In this document: in pieces, positions 27,888 to 37,033 of the stretch | How positions within the stretch are numbered: the stretch's first letter is position 1 | Layout: each line of letters begins with the position of its first letter | DNA from: a virus | Taxonomy: Duplodnaviria; Heunggongvirae; Uroviricota; Caudoviricetes | Length of the DNA stretch: 38,086 bases | Direction: 5' to 3' (one strand) | IMG/VR virus record: IMGVR_UViG_2684622669_000016 | Coordinates: 1 to 38,086 of that record | Made by a program: the position numbers and the translations under genes | Notes under the pieces: model-generated | Told to the model about the DNA's origin: nothing | The model's database searches: none | The model's input: the letters and a program-made list of their open reading frames with translations, nothing else

Positions 27888-27907
27888 CACTGTTTATATT
27901 TACAGTA
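27888..27907 (-). promoter_or_regulatory. LexA (SOS) box overlapping the promoter of the tum/dinI-like operon
   Basis: caCTGTttatatttACAGta, a perfect CTGT-N8-ACAG; promoter-like TTTACA and an AT-rich -10 just upstream on the minus strand. Confidence 0.7.
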
Positions 27908-27998
27908 TATAATAATCTTACTGATGTAAAACGTTTTTTACGTTCATCAGCCTGATATGCCTGGTATTATTAAGAGCACGAATTGTTAATCAGCGTAA

Positions 27999-30440
27999 TT
28001 AATACATGTTCCGCCATTTATCATCCTCCTGCAGACGCTGGTTCCGATAGAAGATACGCAGGCCTGCTCCTGACGGAATACTGCCACCGCGAAGGAGCAA
28101 CTCGACCTCTTTCTCGCTGCCATCAAATCCTCTGGACTTCAGTTCATAGACAAGCTGCTGTCGCTGATGGTCTGTAATTCGCTGTTTGTAGTCTTTACGC
28201 CGTTTCGGTTTCACCAGGCGTAACCTTGCTGCCAGTTCCCGGCGATCTTTTTTGCTCATACTGTGCAGATAATCGTGCAACTCCTTGTCATCCATGCAGG
28301 TAATGTCCGTTCTGGTGTCCCCATCAGCTGATTTATCTTTCTCCTGCTGGTTCAAATTTTCAGCAAGGGGACAGTTATTGCCACGAGTCCAAGGGGCGCA
28401 AGCGCCCTGGTCGGCTGCCGCCTCCTGAATGTCAACGGCCTTACGAACCATTTTCCACTTCACCGCATGAGTGCAGATCTTGCCCTCTGCAATGGGTGAC
28501 CAGATGCCATAAATACGAATGCCGTGATCGCCATAGGCGGTCGGCTCTTCGTTGATTTCATAAGCAGTTCTGATGAGGTGATATTTGCGGGGAACCAGTA
28601 CGCCGCCCTGCTTCATGATGTAGGTAGCAAAACAACCAGCATCAGCAGCAGCCAGGATTGCATCAAGGCGCGGGTTATCCAGTACCGGCGCACCTGCTTT
28701 TTTGTCCCCCTGTTGCCTTGCAACCTGACCAGCCAGCAATCGCAGTTCACGGTAAGCCTGACGCCCCGGAATGCCAAAGAAGCGGAATTGCTGAACACGA
28801 TGCAGAGACGCCCAGGCATTAACGTATTCAGCGTTATCACGCAGGGATTTACCCGTTTCCTTGCTGATCTCGCCAGCCAGACCACGCCCGTCAATGTTCT
28901 TACTGATGTATTTCGCGATGTAGCTTGTTGGCGTACCTTTGCGCGGGTTTATCAGCTCAGACTTAAAGCGTGGTCCCGTGTTATTACCCAGCTCCTCGCG
29001 GTCTTCACGAATGGCAAACTTACGCAACAAAGCAGTAATGGCACGGCGATCTTTTTTGCGCATAAAACACAACAGGTGCCAGTGAACTGTACCGTCATGA
29101 TGCGGCTCAGCTACCCGCACGCCATACCAGCGCAATCCGGCTTTGTGCATCGCCTTACGAAATGCAGCAAACATGCCGACCAGATAATCACTGCTTTGTC
29201 TTACCGTCGCATTTGTCCATGTCGGGTTTGGTCTGCCGTTATTGAGCGTGGAATGGAAACGTGACGGACAGGTGATGGTGTAGAAAACGGCGCAGTCACC
29301 GCGCATTTCCGCGATAAGTTCCAGACCTTTAACACAGGCCATCATCTCATTGCGGCGGTGCGCCGGGTTGCTGCTGCTGGCGTTTACCACATCTTCCATA
29401 TCCAGCGTGTCGCCGTCTTCGTTCACCAGTTCATGAGAACGGAAAAACTCCAGCGACTTACGGCGCTGCTCACGTTTATGCATCACGGCTTCATAGCTGA
29501 CATAGGGGGATGCTTTTTTGCTGACCAGGCAGACAGCACGCAACTGCTCTTCCCGCCATTCGCAACGCATCTTCCATAATTTCCGATACCACCAGTCGGC
29601 ACACAACATACGCGCCAGCGAACCCGGAATGAGTTCATAGGGCACGGGTTTACGGCGGTTTCTTTTCCGACGGAGTTGCTCAAACGCAGGCGGAATAACA
29701 TCCAGACGCAGGGTTTCCGCTGCCACCTTTTCCCATGTTTTGCGGATTTCTTCTGGCTTAACGTCATCGGTGGCATACAAATCACCACAAGCGGCATCAA
29801 GGCACATGCTCATATGCGCAGCGACAAGGGTAGACAGGCGCTTCACCTGATCCTGACTCATTTCAGGCAGGATAAGCAGGCCATCCAGCCCTTCATGACT
29901 TGCCATAAAGCGAAAAGAAGTGGATAGCTGACAGTCGCGGACATGCTCCAGTCGTTCCAGACATGGCTTAATCGTCTCACGCAAATAGCGGGAATAAGCC
30001 TTTGGCCTGCCCAGGCTGCTGAAATATTCAATACGTTGCATCAGCGGCTTGCTGATATGGGAAGGCTGGGCGTTGACGTCAGCCAGAATGACCATGTCTG
30101 GATTAAAACGCTGCTGCTCATGCGCCAGCTTTGCCCGGCTAATGAGCTTATCCTGCTCCATTTCGTGCTGGACAGGATCACGGGATTCATTAAAGAAATA
30201 ACGCTCCCAGACCTGATCACTCAGTGCCTCGCGGCGCAGTTGTTCCTGCTCGTTATCGGCAGCGTACAGAGTGATCAGGTTTGAAAGTGCAGAAACCGGC
30301 GCAACTTCCGCCGGGTCCAGATAAGGGTTAATGGCCTTTTTCGGGCTGTTCCATGAGAATGCTGCGGCGACCTCGTTAAAGCCGCTGCAGTTGTTCATAT
30401 CAGCATGGCTCATGCACGCACTCCGTACACGGCGGAACAA
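27999..30440 (-). CDS. A: replication initiation protein A (rolling-circle HUH endonuclease)
   Basis: 813 aa; HUH-type motif (…[12 protein letters not shown]…); size and position as P2 gpA; the true start may be the ATG at 30413. Confidence 0.9.
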   Translation of the reverse strand: MFRRVRSACMSHADMNNCSGFNEVAAAFSWNSPKKAINPYLDPAEVAPVSALSNLITLYAADNEQEQLRREALSDQVWERYFFNESRDPVQHEMEQDKLISRAKLAHEQQRFNPDMVILADVNAQPSHISKPLMQRIEYFSSLGRPKAYSRYLRETIKPCLERLEHVRDCQLSTSFRFMASHEGLDGLLILPEMSQDQVKRLSTLVAAHMSMCLDAACGDLYATDDVKPEEIRKTWEKVAAETLRLDVIPPAFEQLRRKRNRRKPVPYELIPGSLARMLCADWWYRKLWKMRCEWREEQLRAVCLVSKKASPYVSYEAVMHKREQRRKSLEFFRSHELVNEDGDTLDMEDVVNASSSNPAHRRNEMMACVKGLELIAEMRGDCAVFYTITCPSRFHSTLNNGRPNPTWTNATVRQSSDYLVGMFAAFRKAMHKAGLRWYGVRVAEPHHDGTVHWHLLCFMRKKDRRAITALLRKFAIREDREELGNNTGPRFKSELINPRKGTPTSYIAKYISKNIDGRGLAGEISKETGKSLRDNAEYVNAWASLHRVQQFRFFGIPGRQAYRELRLLAGQVARQQGDKKAGAPVLDNPRLDAILAAADAGCFATYIMKQGGVLVPRKYHLIRTAYEINEEPTAYGDHGIRIYGIWSPIAEGKICTHAVKWKMVRKAVDIQEAAADQGACAPWTRGNNCPLAENLNQQEKDKSADGDTRTDITCMDDKELHDYLHSMSKKDRRELAARLRLVKPKRRKDYKQRITDHQRQQLVYELKSRGFDGSEKEVELLLRGGSIPSGAGLRIFYRNQRLQEDDKWRNMY

Positions 30441-31267
30441 TCCACGCCACGCGAAGGATCAAATCCTACCCAGCAGCGCGGCCCGGAAACAGCAATGATT
30501 TCTGTTGCAGATTTACTCTCACCAGCTGCCACGCCGATGCTGCGTTTTGCCTTGATGTAGTGGTGAGTAAAATTGCGATACAGCGAACGGATCAGGGATG
30601 TGTCACTGTTAGAAATAATGACCGGATATCCTTCTGATGACCGATGTTCAAGAACGGATGCCAGGTGATACTGGTCATCTTCAGTGAAACCATCAGTGTG
30701 ATAGCCGGAAAACGTACCGTCATAAGGCGGATCGCAATACACCACATCCCCCGCGTGCAACATCGCCAGCGTTTCATCGAAGCTGGCGCAGATAAACGTT
30801 GCCCGCTGGGCTTTTACTGCAAATGCACGAATTTCTTTTTCAGGAAAATACGGATTTTTATAATTACCGTAGGGAATGTTGAAATGCCCGCTCTTGTTAT
30901 AGCGACATAAACCACGGTAACCGTGACGATTGAGATACAGGAAATATATTGCTTTCATGAAATCAGTAATTTCAGTTGAGTAATTAAACTCCTGCCTTAT
31001 GTTGTAATAATCCATCTCCCTATTTGCGTTCTCAAATAAAACTCTGGCGCGAGATATAAACGATTCACAATCAGCAGCAACCTTTTTATAGAGGTTGATT
31101 AAATCAGGATTAATATCCGCGACAAGATAGCTGGGGTACTCCGTCTCCATCATCACTGCACAGGAACCCGCGAAAGGTTCAACCAGTCGCGGGCCAGCAG
31201 GAAGATGTTTTTTCAGTTCGGACATAATGGCGGTTTTATTTCCCGCCCATTTCAGGATGGTGCTCAT
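30410..31267 (-). CDS. DNA adenine methyltransferase (Dam-like N6-adenine MTase)
   Basis: Start at the ATG at 31267 ([11 protein letters not shown]…) after GGAGG; DPPY catalytic motif; Dam-family N-terminus. Confidence 0.9.
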   Translation of the reverse strand: MSTILKWAGNKTAIMSELKKHLPAGPRLVEPFAGSCAVMMETEYPSYLVADINPDLINLYKKVAADCESFISRARVLFENANREMDYYNIRQEFNYSTEITDFMKAIYFLYLNRHGYRGLCRYNKSGHFNIPYGNYKNPYFPEKEIRAFAVKAQRATFICASFDETLAMLHAGDVVYCDPPYDGTFSGYHTDGFTEDDQYHLASVLEHRSSEGYPVIISNSDTSLIRSLYRNFTHHYIKAKRSIGVAAGESKSATEIIAVSGPRCWVGFDPSRGVDCSAVYGVRA

Positions 31268-31491
31268 ACAGCACCTCCGTTGTAATGTTTGCCTTTCAGC
31301 TCTGCGATTTCCTGGCAGGTAATGCAAAGCTGCACTCCCGGAATGGCGCGGCGTCGTGCTGGCGGAATTGGCGCTTCACATTCAATACAAAGCACGCGAG
31401 ACACGCCCGGTGTTTTGGCACGGGCAGCACGAATATGGCGCTGGAGTTCTTCTTCAACGCGCTGCTGTACGAGATCCATTGCATCAGCCAT
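31264..31491 (-). CDS. TraR/DksA-family C4 zinc-finger protein
   Basis: 75 aa; CIECEAPIPPARRRAIPGVQLCITCQ zinc finger. Confidence 0.75.
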   Translation of the reverse strand: MADAMDLVQQRVEEELQRHIRAARAKTPGVSRVLCIECEAPIPPARRRAIPGVQLCITCQEIAELKGKHYNGGAV

Positions 31492-31730
31492 CAGTGGATC
31501 TCCTGCGCTTCGTTCTGGATTGCTTCAGCGGTCACACGCAGCAGTTCTGCTGCTTCGACGTGGTTTAGCTGGCGAGATGTGATATGACACGCCAGGCTAT
31601 CAAGGCGAGCAGCCATTGCTTCAGCCCTTGCCCGGCGCTCTTCCAGACGAGCCTCTGTCAGTAAAATATTAAGCCCTGCGTCATCCGGTCCGGTTTTGGT
31701 CGTGAGGGTTTCAATATTACGCATAATCAA
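31491..31730 (-). CDS. hypothetical early-region protein
   Basis: 79-aa ORF in tight operon spacing with the flanking early genes. Confidence 0.55.
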   Translation of the reverse strand: MIMRNIETLTTKTGPDDAGLNILLTEARLEERRARAEAMAARLDSLACHITSRQLNHVEAAELLRVTAEAIQNEAQEIH

Positions 31731-31791
31731 TTCTCCTGAATTTAGATAAAGGGATGCCCGGCGGGTTTACGCCATTAATTTCATTAGTTGG

Positions 31792-32133
31792 TTAATTCGG
31801 CATGGTTAGCCGTCTGGGAAATAAGCTCACCACTGCACGAAAATGATTCATTGCTTTAATCAACTCCCGCTTTTCGTCAGTGGTCAGCTCATTAATGCTG
31901 ATGCTATGACGTTCAGCTGGAATTTTTGCCATAAAGAATATGGCAGCCAGTGCTCGTTTATTTTGTTCGTTATTGATATCCCGTGGATCACGCATATCTT
32001 TTATAAACCGCTCAAGCTCTGACTCAATATTCAAGCCAAATACTTTCGCCCTTAACTCCGCAATGTGATTAAGTCCATTCAGGCGTTCACCGGGGCTTAA
32101 TGGAACAGTCGCCGCAGCGCCATTAATTGCCAT
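31792..32133 (-). CDS. hypothetical early-region protein
   Basis: 113-aa ORF, same orientation as the replication operon. Confidence 0.55.
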   Translation of the reverse strand: MAINGAAATVPLSPGERLNGLNHIAELRAKVFGLNIESELERFIKDMRDPRDINNEQNKRALAAIFFMAKIPAERHSISINELTTDEKRELIKAMNHFRAVVSLFPRRLTMPN

Positions 32134-32155
32134 AATTCATATCCCCAAAACGCAA

Positions 32156-32380
32156 CTATCGTTCTTTGTTCTTACGGTAACGCTCAAGGGGAGATACATT
32201 TTTTCGTACCGTCTCTTTAACCTGCTCTCCCCGTAAAAACGTCCCATCCTTTAGCGTGAAAAAGTAACTGCCATCGCCCGACAACGACGGATAACAACAG
32301 AGCAAATCATCTTCAGGTACTGAATAACTCTCCCCTCTGTAACGAAACTGATAAACCACTTCACTTTCTGCCGCATACAT
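32156..32380 (-). CDS. hypothetical early-region protein
   Basis: 74-aa ORF; an overlapping alternative frame (32251-32493) cannot be excluded. Confidence 0.45.
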   Translation of the reverse strand: MYAAESEVVYQFRYRGESYSVPEDDLLCCYPSLSGDGSYFFTLKDGTFLRGEQVKETVRKNVSPLERYRKNKER

Positions 32381-32440
32381 TTGGACTTTCTCCGTTTCCT
32401 CGTGGTCAATTCAGACAGCAATTCATCTTGTGAATAACAT

Positions 32441-32530
32441 GGATGCCAGCGTTTACCATCCTCACCCATGATCCAGCCGTGACCGTAGTGCATTGCCGGG
32501 CTTTGTTTTACCAGCAACGATGCAAATGAT
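32441..32530. repeat. direct repeat, copy A (90-bp block; 60-bp core 32471-32530)
   Basis: 60-bp core 58/60 identical to 33274-33333; a conserved ggatgcca lies 30 bp upstream in both copies. Confidence 0.65.
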
Positions 32531-32620
32531 TGTGCCGGGAATTTTTCTACACGCCCGGCGCGTGCCTCAGTGGTAGACTATTTGTGCTAACAATCATCTA
32601 CCCCTCAAAGGAGAAAACTG

Positions 32621-32701
32621 ATGTCAGAAACAGACAACTTTCATGTACTCCCTCGCCCGGCTCCAGCACCTCAGCCTGAACCGGGGCAAGAGAAGAAATA
32701 G
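32621..32701 (+). CDS. 26-aa Pro-rich small ORF (MSETDNFHVLPRPAPAPQPEPGQEKK), possible leader or partner peptide
   Basis: Strong SD (aaaggag) 8 nt before the ATG; stop 9 nt before the next ATG. Confidence 0.35.
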   Translation: MSETDNFHVLPRPAPAPQPEPGQEKK

Positions 32702-32710
32702 GAATCCGGC

Positions 32711-33169
32711 ATGACTAAACAAAGCTCCGAATACTTCCAATTGCACTACTGTTATTACCTTGAACTAATGACAGCAACGTTCCATGGTCGAGCTGATAAA
32801 TTAATGACAGCAATCCAACTTATAAGCGGAACAGCTGTATTTGCTAATACAGGTCTGGAATGGTTGTTCGCTTTTCCTGTTGTTGTAATCGCAACAATCC
32901 AACTTGTATGGCAACCAGCTATTATTGCGGAACGAGCAAGCGTACAAAGCCGACAATATGGTGAGTTGCTTTACGCCGAGGATGAATTGTCTCCACAGTT
33001 CATTGCACAAAAATTGAAAGCTTTGCATCACTCTGACTCCACAACATTCGGATCTTTGTTAAACCCAGCCTACAAAAGAGCTGCTATTGCCTGTGGTCGG
33101 GTTGACGATGTAAACCTCAGCTTCCAAGAAAAACTTTTCGCTTGGTTCGCAGGTTGTTTGCCGCGTTAA
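32711..33169 (+). CDS. 152-aa predicted membrane protein, opposite-strand cargo gene inside the early operon
   Basis: Two adjacent hydrophobic helices (…LISGTAVFANTGLEWLFAFPVVVIATIQLVWQPAIIA…); antiparallel to every neighbouring gene. Confidence 0.65.
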   Translation: MTKQSSEYFQLHYCYYLELMTATFHGRADKLMTAIQLISGTAVFANTGLEWLFAFPVVVIATIQLVWQPAIIAERASVQSRQYGELLYAEDELSPQFIAQKLKALHHSDSTTFGSLLNPAYKRAAIACGRVDDVNLSFQEKLFAWFAGCLPR

Positions 33170-33350
33170 CCATAAATCTTTGTAGGAATCGCTTTTTATT
33201 TCTTCCCCGGTAAGCCTGTTGCCGGGGTTGTAATTCAAAACTTGGATGCCACTTTTTCCCACAAGGTAAATAAATCCAGCCGTGACCGTAATGCATTGCC
33301 GGGCTTTGTTTTACCAGCAGCGATGCAAATGATGGTTCTTTCGTCAGCAT
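33117..33350 (-). CDS. hypothetical small protein just downstream of cII (77 aa from the ATG at 33350)
   Basis: GAGGTG SD after the cII stop; its 5' region coincides with repeat copy B. Confidence 0.4.
   Translation of the reverse strand: MLTKEPSFASLLVKQSPAMHYGHGWIYLPCGKKWHPSFELQPRQQAYRGRNKKRFLQRFMVNAANNLRTKRKVFLGS
33205..33227 (+). terminator. weak hairpin downstream of the 152-aa gene
   Basis: ccccgg / ccgggg stem around an 11-nt loop; poor T-tract. Confidence 0.25.
33244..33333. repeat. direct repeat, copy B (90-bp block; 60-bp core 33274-33333)
   Basis: Partner of 32441-32530. Confidence 0.65.
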
Positions 33351-33357
33351 AAGCACC

Positions 33358-33876
33358 TCACAGCAAACCAAATGAAGCACCGAGGCCAGTCACGGTATCA
33401 ACTGCACTCGCCATCGCAGGGTTAGCCTGTAAACGGGCCTGCAATGAAACAGCAGCCAACGCCATCAGTCGTGTTACAGAGTTAATGCTGCTGATAGCAT
33501 CACGACGGCCTGCACTGGTTTTTACATCGCCAGATACCGCGCCTGCAGCTACACGCCCGATCTCTGCTGTTGCACTCATGACGTAATGCGGCAGTTTCTC
33601 TTTTGCCACCTCATTAATCGGAACACATGGCAGGCAGTGAATCTGTGCCAGAAAACCATCTACCAGTGTTGAGTCTTCTGTCAGATCAGTAAGCAACCAA
33701 ATTTCTGGTGCGGTTAATAAATGAGGTTGAGCTGGATTCAGCTTGTTCCGCAGAATCTGCACATTCATACCTGCACGTTCTGCCAGTTGCACCAAGTTGT
33801 GGCGCAATGCAAATGCACGACAGGCTTCATCAAAATGTGGATGTTTGGAAACTTGGTAATCAAACATAGTCGACAC
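33358..33876 (-). CDS. cII: phage regulatory protein CII (186 CII-like)
   Basis: 172 aa; …[24 protein letters not shown]…[26 protein letters not shown]… matches the 186 CII family as recalled; follows the apl/cox-like gene. Confidence 0.7.
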   Translation of the reverse strand: MSTMFDYQVSKHPHFDEACRAFALRHNLVQLAERAGMNVQILRNKLNPAQPHLLTAPEIWLLTDLTEDSTLVDGFLAQIHCLPCVPINEVAKEKLPHYVMSATAEIGRVAAGAVSGDVKTSAGRRDAISSINSVTRLMALAAVSLQARLQANPAMASAVDTVTGLGASFGLL

Positions 33877-33899
33877 TCCTGATGCATCCCAAAATGGAA

Positions 33900-34121
33900 C
33901 TAGTTGAATACAACATTGAAATCAGTAAGTGCATCAACGGTAAGAGCAGCAAGGTTGATCATTACCTTTTCTCTTTTCTTGTCTTTCCGAAGGCGATGGC
34001 GAGGGATACGACCATCAGCCAGCATATCGTTGATGGTGTCGATAGAAAGACCAGTAAGTTCGCTATAACGCTCAATTGTGACGTGTGGCGTATTCAGAGT
34101 TATTGAAATGTTAGGGGTCAT
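33900..34121 (-). CDS. Apl/Cox-like small DNA-binding protein (excisionase / lytic-switch regulator)
   Basis: 73 aa with an HTH-like segment; first gene of the operon divergent from cI. Confidence 0.6.
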   Translation of the reverse strand: MTPNISITLNTPHVTIERYSELTGLSIDTINDMLADGRIPRHRLRKDKKREKVMINLAALTVDALTDFNVVFN

Positions 34122-34208
34122 GATGCAACATCTCCTATTGGCTTGTGGTGAGCCGGTATTAATCGTGACAAAACATCACAAAACGGAGAATAGGTTCACA
34201 TAAAGAAT

Positions 34209-35147
34209 ATGCCAACTCAAAAAATCACATTTCGCCATATTGAAGATAGTCTGAAAGCTATGGTCATGCAGAATCGTGGAGGGCAAAAAGTCATTGAGAG
34301 GATACTCAAGGCCTATGGTTTCAAATCACGCCAAGCCTTCTGTAAGCATCTTGGTATTTCACAAAGCACAATGGCTAATAGATATGCACGCGATACCTTC
34401 CCTGCTGATTGGGTTGTTATATGTTCAATGGAAACTGGCGCATCCCTAGAATGGCTGGCCTTTGGTTCTAACAATGCAGAAGAAAGTTCCCCCCCTTATG
34501 TGGAACAACATGATGAAACAGTCCCACATGAGGGGTTTAACAGCAACGCTCATCAATCATCCTTTAAGCGCCGCATTGAGAATCACATTGAGCTTACTAA
34601 CGGAGGAAAAGCCGCGATAGAGAGGATTGTTAATGCTTACGGGTTTAAAACCCGCCAAGCCTTAGCCGACCACCTTGGTATTTCAAAAAGCACATTAGCC
34701 ACACGATACATGCGAGATTCTTTCCCTGCGGATTGGGTGATTAAATGCGCATTAGAAACCAAAGCGGATCTCGCCTGGCTAGTTACAGGAATCGAAACAC
34801 CAAATAGTTCACAAGAAGAAAACACTGTAATTTTAAATAAGTTCAATTTGGTCAATGGCGTGCTTGTCGAGTCAGGTTTTTTATCCATGGATCGGTGTCT
34901 ACTTCCGAAGCAAGAAACTAGCAGCTTGATGTTTGTAAGCAATGGAGAAAAACATGTCATATGTGATAAAGAATTTCACCTAATTAGAGATGGAAAATGG
35001 TTAGTAGGAATTGACAATGAGTTATCTTTAAAAGAGTTAACTCGTTTACCTAAGAACAAAATTCTTGTTTCTGGTGGGAGTAAGGATTTTGAGTGTTCCA
35101 TTGAGGATATTCAAATTATAGCCAGCATTATCTTAACAATACAATAA
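34209..35147 (+). CDS. cI: CI-type immunity repressor with tandemly duplicated N-terminal DNA-binding domain
   Basis: 312 aa; two 186-CI-like units (…ERILKAYGFKSRQAFCKHLGISQSTMANRYARDTFPADWVVICSMETGASLEWL… and …ERIVNAYGFKTRQALADHLGISKSTLATRYMRDSFPADWVIKCALETKADLAWL…) followed by a C-terminal domain. Confidence 0.85.
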   Translation: MPTQKITFRHIEDSLKAMVMQNRGGQKVIERILKAYGFKSRQAFCKHLGISQSTMANRYARDTFPADWVVICSMETGASLEWLAFGSNNAEESSPPYVEQHDETVPHEGFNSNAHQSSFKRRIENHIELTNGGKAAIERIVNAYGFKTRQALADHLGISKSTLATRYMRDSFPADWVIKCALETKADLAWLVTGIETPNSSQEENTVILNKFNLVNGVLVESGFLSMDRCLLPKQETSSLMFVSNGEKHVICDKEFHLIRDGKWLVGIDNELSLKELTRLPKNKILVSGGSKDFECSIEDIQIIASIILTIQ

Positions 35148-35190
35148 CATTGCAGACATTACTTTTAAATACTTACTGGAGGAGTCTAAA

Positions 35191-36960
35191 ATGAATCATC
35201 ATCTTTCAAAGATTTCTATAAAAAACTTTAGATCTTGCAAAGATATTGATATCAATTTTTCTTCATTCACGCCTTTAATCGGTTACAACAATGCTGGTAA
35301 GTCAACGATTTTAAATGCTATTGAATGGCTTTTTAAGAAAAAACTTTTGTCCTCTGATGATTATACTAATCCAGATAACCCTATAGAAGTTATAGGTACA
35401 GTTAAGGGTATTACTGAAGATATTTTGTCAGCTTTAACAGAAGAAAACAGAACTAGAATTTCACCCTACATTATTGACGGGGTATTGATATTTAAGCGTC
35501 AACAGCCTGTTGGTGCTCAAAGTGCAAAAGACGTCAGATTATTAATTAAAAACCCAGAAAATAACGAATTCAGGACATCACCAACGGGTATTGAGAATGC
35601 GATAAAAGCTTTATTTCCAGACCCAATACGTATAGGTGCAATGGAAAATGCAGCGGATGATTCTTCAAAATCAAAAACAGGAACTACAATAGGTAAGTTG
35701 CTGGCAGAATTGAGTTGCAAAATAGAAGAGAAGCACACTCAAAGGATACTAAGCCATTTAAATGCCGTTAATAGAAGAATGACTGCAACCGGTAATAAAC
35801 GAATATCGGACCTCAATGATATTGATGATTCAATAAGTAGTAAAGTTGCTGATTTCTTCCCTGGGATAAGTTTAAAACTACACTTCGAACTCCCTGACTT
35901 CAAGGATATATTTAAATCAGGGACTGTAAAAGTATATGAAGATTCATTTCCCGGCATTGCTCGTGACTGTTCTTCTTATGGTCATGGCACACAGCGTTCG
36001 ATTCAGATGGCTCTAATAAGACATTTAGCTGATATAACCAACGGTGATGATATTAAAACAACTACTCTACTGTTAATAGATGAACCTGAGTTATATCTTC
36101 ACCCATTTGCTATCGAACAAATTAGAGAATCTCTAAAAACACTATCTCATCATGGATATCAAATAATTTTCTCTACCCATTCATCTCAAATGATTACCTC
36201 TGACTTAGCAAAAGACACTGTGTTAATCAGAAAAAACAGTCAGCGTGGCACTCATTGCAGATTAACATTAAAAGAAGCAGTCAATAAAGTAATCGAACAA
36301 CGACCAGCACAAGCAACCCATTTATTTTCATTAACACAGTCTTCAAAAGTTTTGTTTGCTAACAATGTAATACTAACAGAAGGTAAAACAGAGACTACTC
36401 TGCTCCCATTTATTTTTAACAAAGTTAAAAATAAAACATTAGGTCAGATGCAAATAGCACTAATTGAAACAGGGTCCGTTGAAAGTATATCTAAAACGAT
36501 GCAAATTCTAAATTCAATGGATATACCTACAAAAGCAATTGTTGATTTAGATTTTGCGTTCCGCGGTGCAATAAGGAACAACTTCTTAGAACATAATGAC
36601 GAGGATATTTTACGACTAAAAGAAATCTTGAGAAGTATGCATGCTAATGGAGAATGCACTCTCGATGGATCCGGTTTGCCTACAAAGGGTAGTAACACTA
36701 CCGCAGCTGAAGCATTTGCTATTATGTCTCAAAAGCCCGGCGCCAGAGAATTTTTGTCATCATTAGCCGCAAAACTGAGAAATGCAAATATTTGGATTTG
36801 GCTAAATGGTTCGATAGAAAACCATTTGGGTCTTACAGAAAAAAATGAATCAGTATGGGCTGATTTCAAAACAAAAGCAGATACACAACCTCTTTCAGAT
36901 ATCTGTGCAGATTTCGAAAGTATTGAGGCTTTAGTCGACTGGATTACCCCTGACGTATGA
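35191..36960 (+). CDS. old: OLD-family ATPase/Toprim nuclease (P2 Old homologue)
   Basis: 589 aa; Walker A GYNNAGKST; FRSCK, IDEPELYLHP and Toprim VILTEGKTE motifs; collinear with P2 Old as recalled; AT-rich; GGAGG SD. Confidence 0.85.
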   Translation: MNHHLSKISIKNFRSCKDIDINFSSFTPLIGYNNAGKSTILNAIEWLFKKKLLSSDDYTNPDNPIEVIGTVKGITEDILSALTEENRTRISPYIIDGVLIFKRQQPVGAQSAKDVRLLIKNPENNEFRTSPTGIENAIKALFPDPIRIGAMENAADDSSKSKTGTTIGKLLAELSCKIEEKHTQRILSHLNAVNRRMTATGNKRISDLNDIDDSISSKVADFFPGISLKLHFELPDFKDIFKSGTVKVYEDSFPGIARDCSSYGHGTQRSIQMALIRHLADITNGDDIKTTTLLLIDEPELYLHPFAIEQIRESLKTLSHHGYQIIFSTHSSQMITSDLAKDTVLIRKNSQRGTHCRLTLKEAVNKVIEQRPAQATHLFSLTQSSKVLFANNVILTEGKTETTLLPFIFNKVKNKTLGQMQIALIETGSVESISKTMQILNSMDIPTKAIVDLDFAFRGAIRNNFLEHNDEDILRLKEILRSMHANGECTLDGSGLPTKGSNTTAAEAFAIMSQKPGAREFLSSLAAKLRNANIWIWLNGSIENHLGLTEKNESVWADFKTKADTQPLSDICADFESIEALVDWITPDV

Positions 36961-36977
36961 TTTAATATTTACATACA

Positions 36978-36992
36978 TTGACCACTGGTCAA
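36978..36992. promoter_or_regulatory. perfect 15-bp palindrome TTGACCACTGGTCAA flanked by ACATACA direct repeats, upstream of int
   Basis: Seen directly in the sequence; function unknown (possible protein-binding site). Confidence 0.35.
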
Positions 36993-37008
36993 ACATACAG
37001 TTAAATTT

Positions 37009-37033
37009 AGCCCTCTGACATGAGGGCTTTTTT
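37009..37033 (+). terminator. rho-independent terminator after old that sequesters the int ribosome-binding site
   Basis: Stem agccctc (37009-37015) / gagggct (37022-37028), then TTTTT (37029-37033) running directly into the int ATG at 37034. Confidence 0.6.

Noticed and set aside
28524-29264. 246-aa plus-strand ORF inside replication gene A
   Set aside because: Antisense to A, whose HUH motif and length fit the P2 A family; treated as a shadow ORF.
32251-32517. 88-aa minus-strand ORF overlapping the 74-aa ORF at 32156-32380
   Set aside because: The annotated start is a non-ATG codon and the C-terminal translation looks like junk; the N-terminal part (HYGHGWI…GKRWHP) may be a real remnant paralogous to the gene at 33117-33350, but a full-length gene cannot be supported.
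32441-33333. The 60/90-bp repeat pair considered as a CRISPR-like array or an IS terminal repeat
   Set aside because: Only two copies, direct rather than inverted, about 0.8 kb apart, with no transposase or cas gene nearby; they overlap the 5' ends of paralogous small ORFs.
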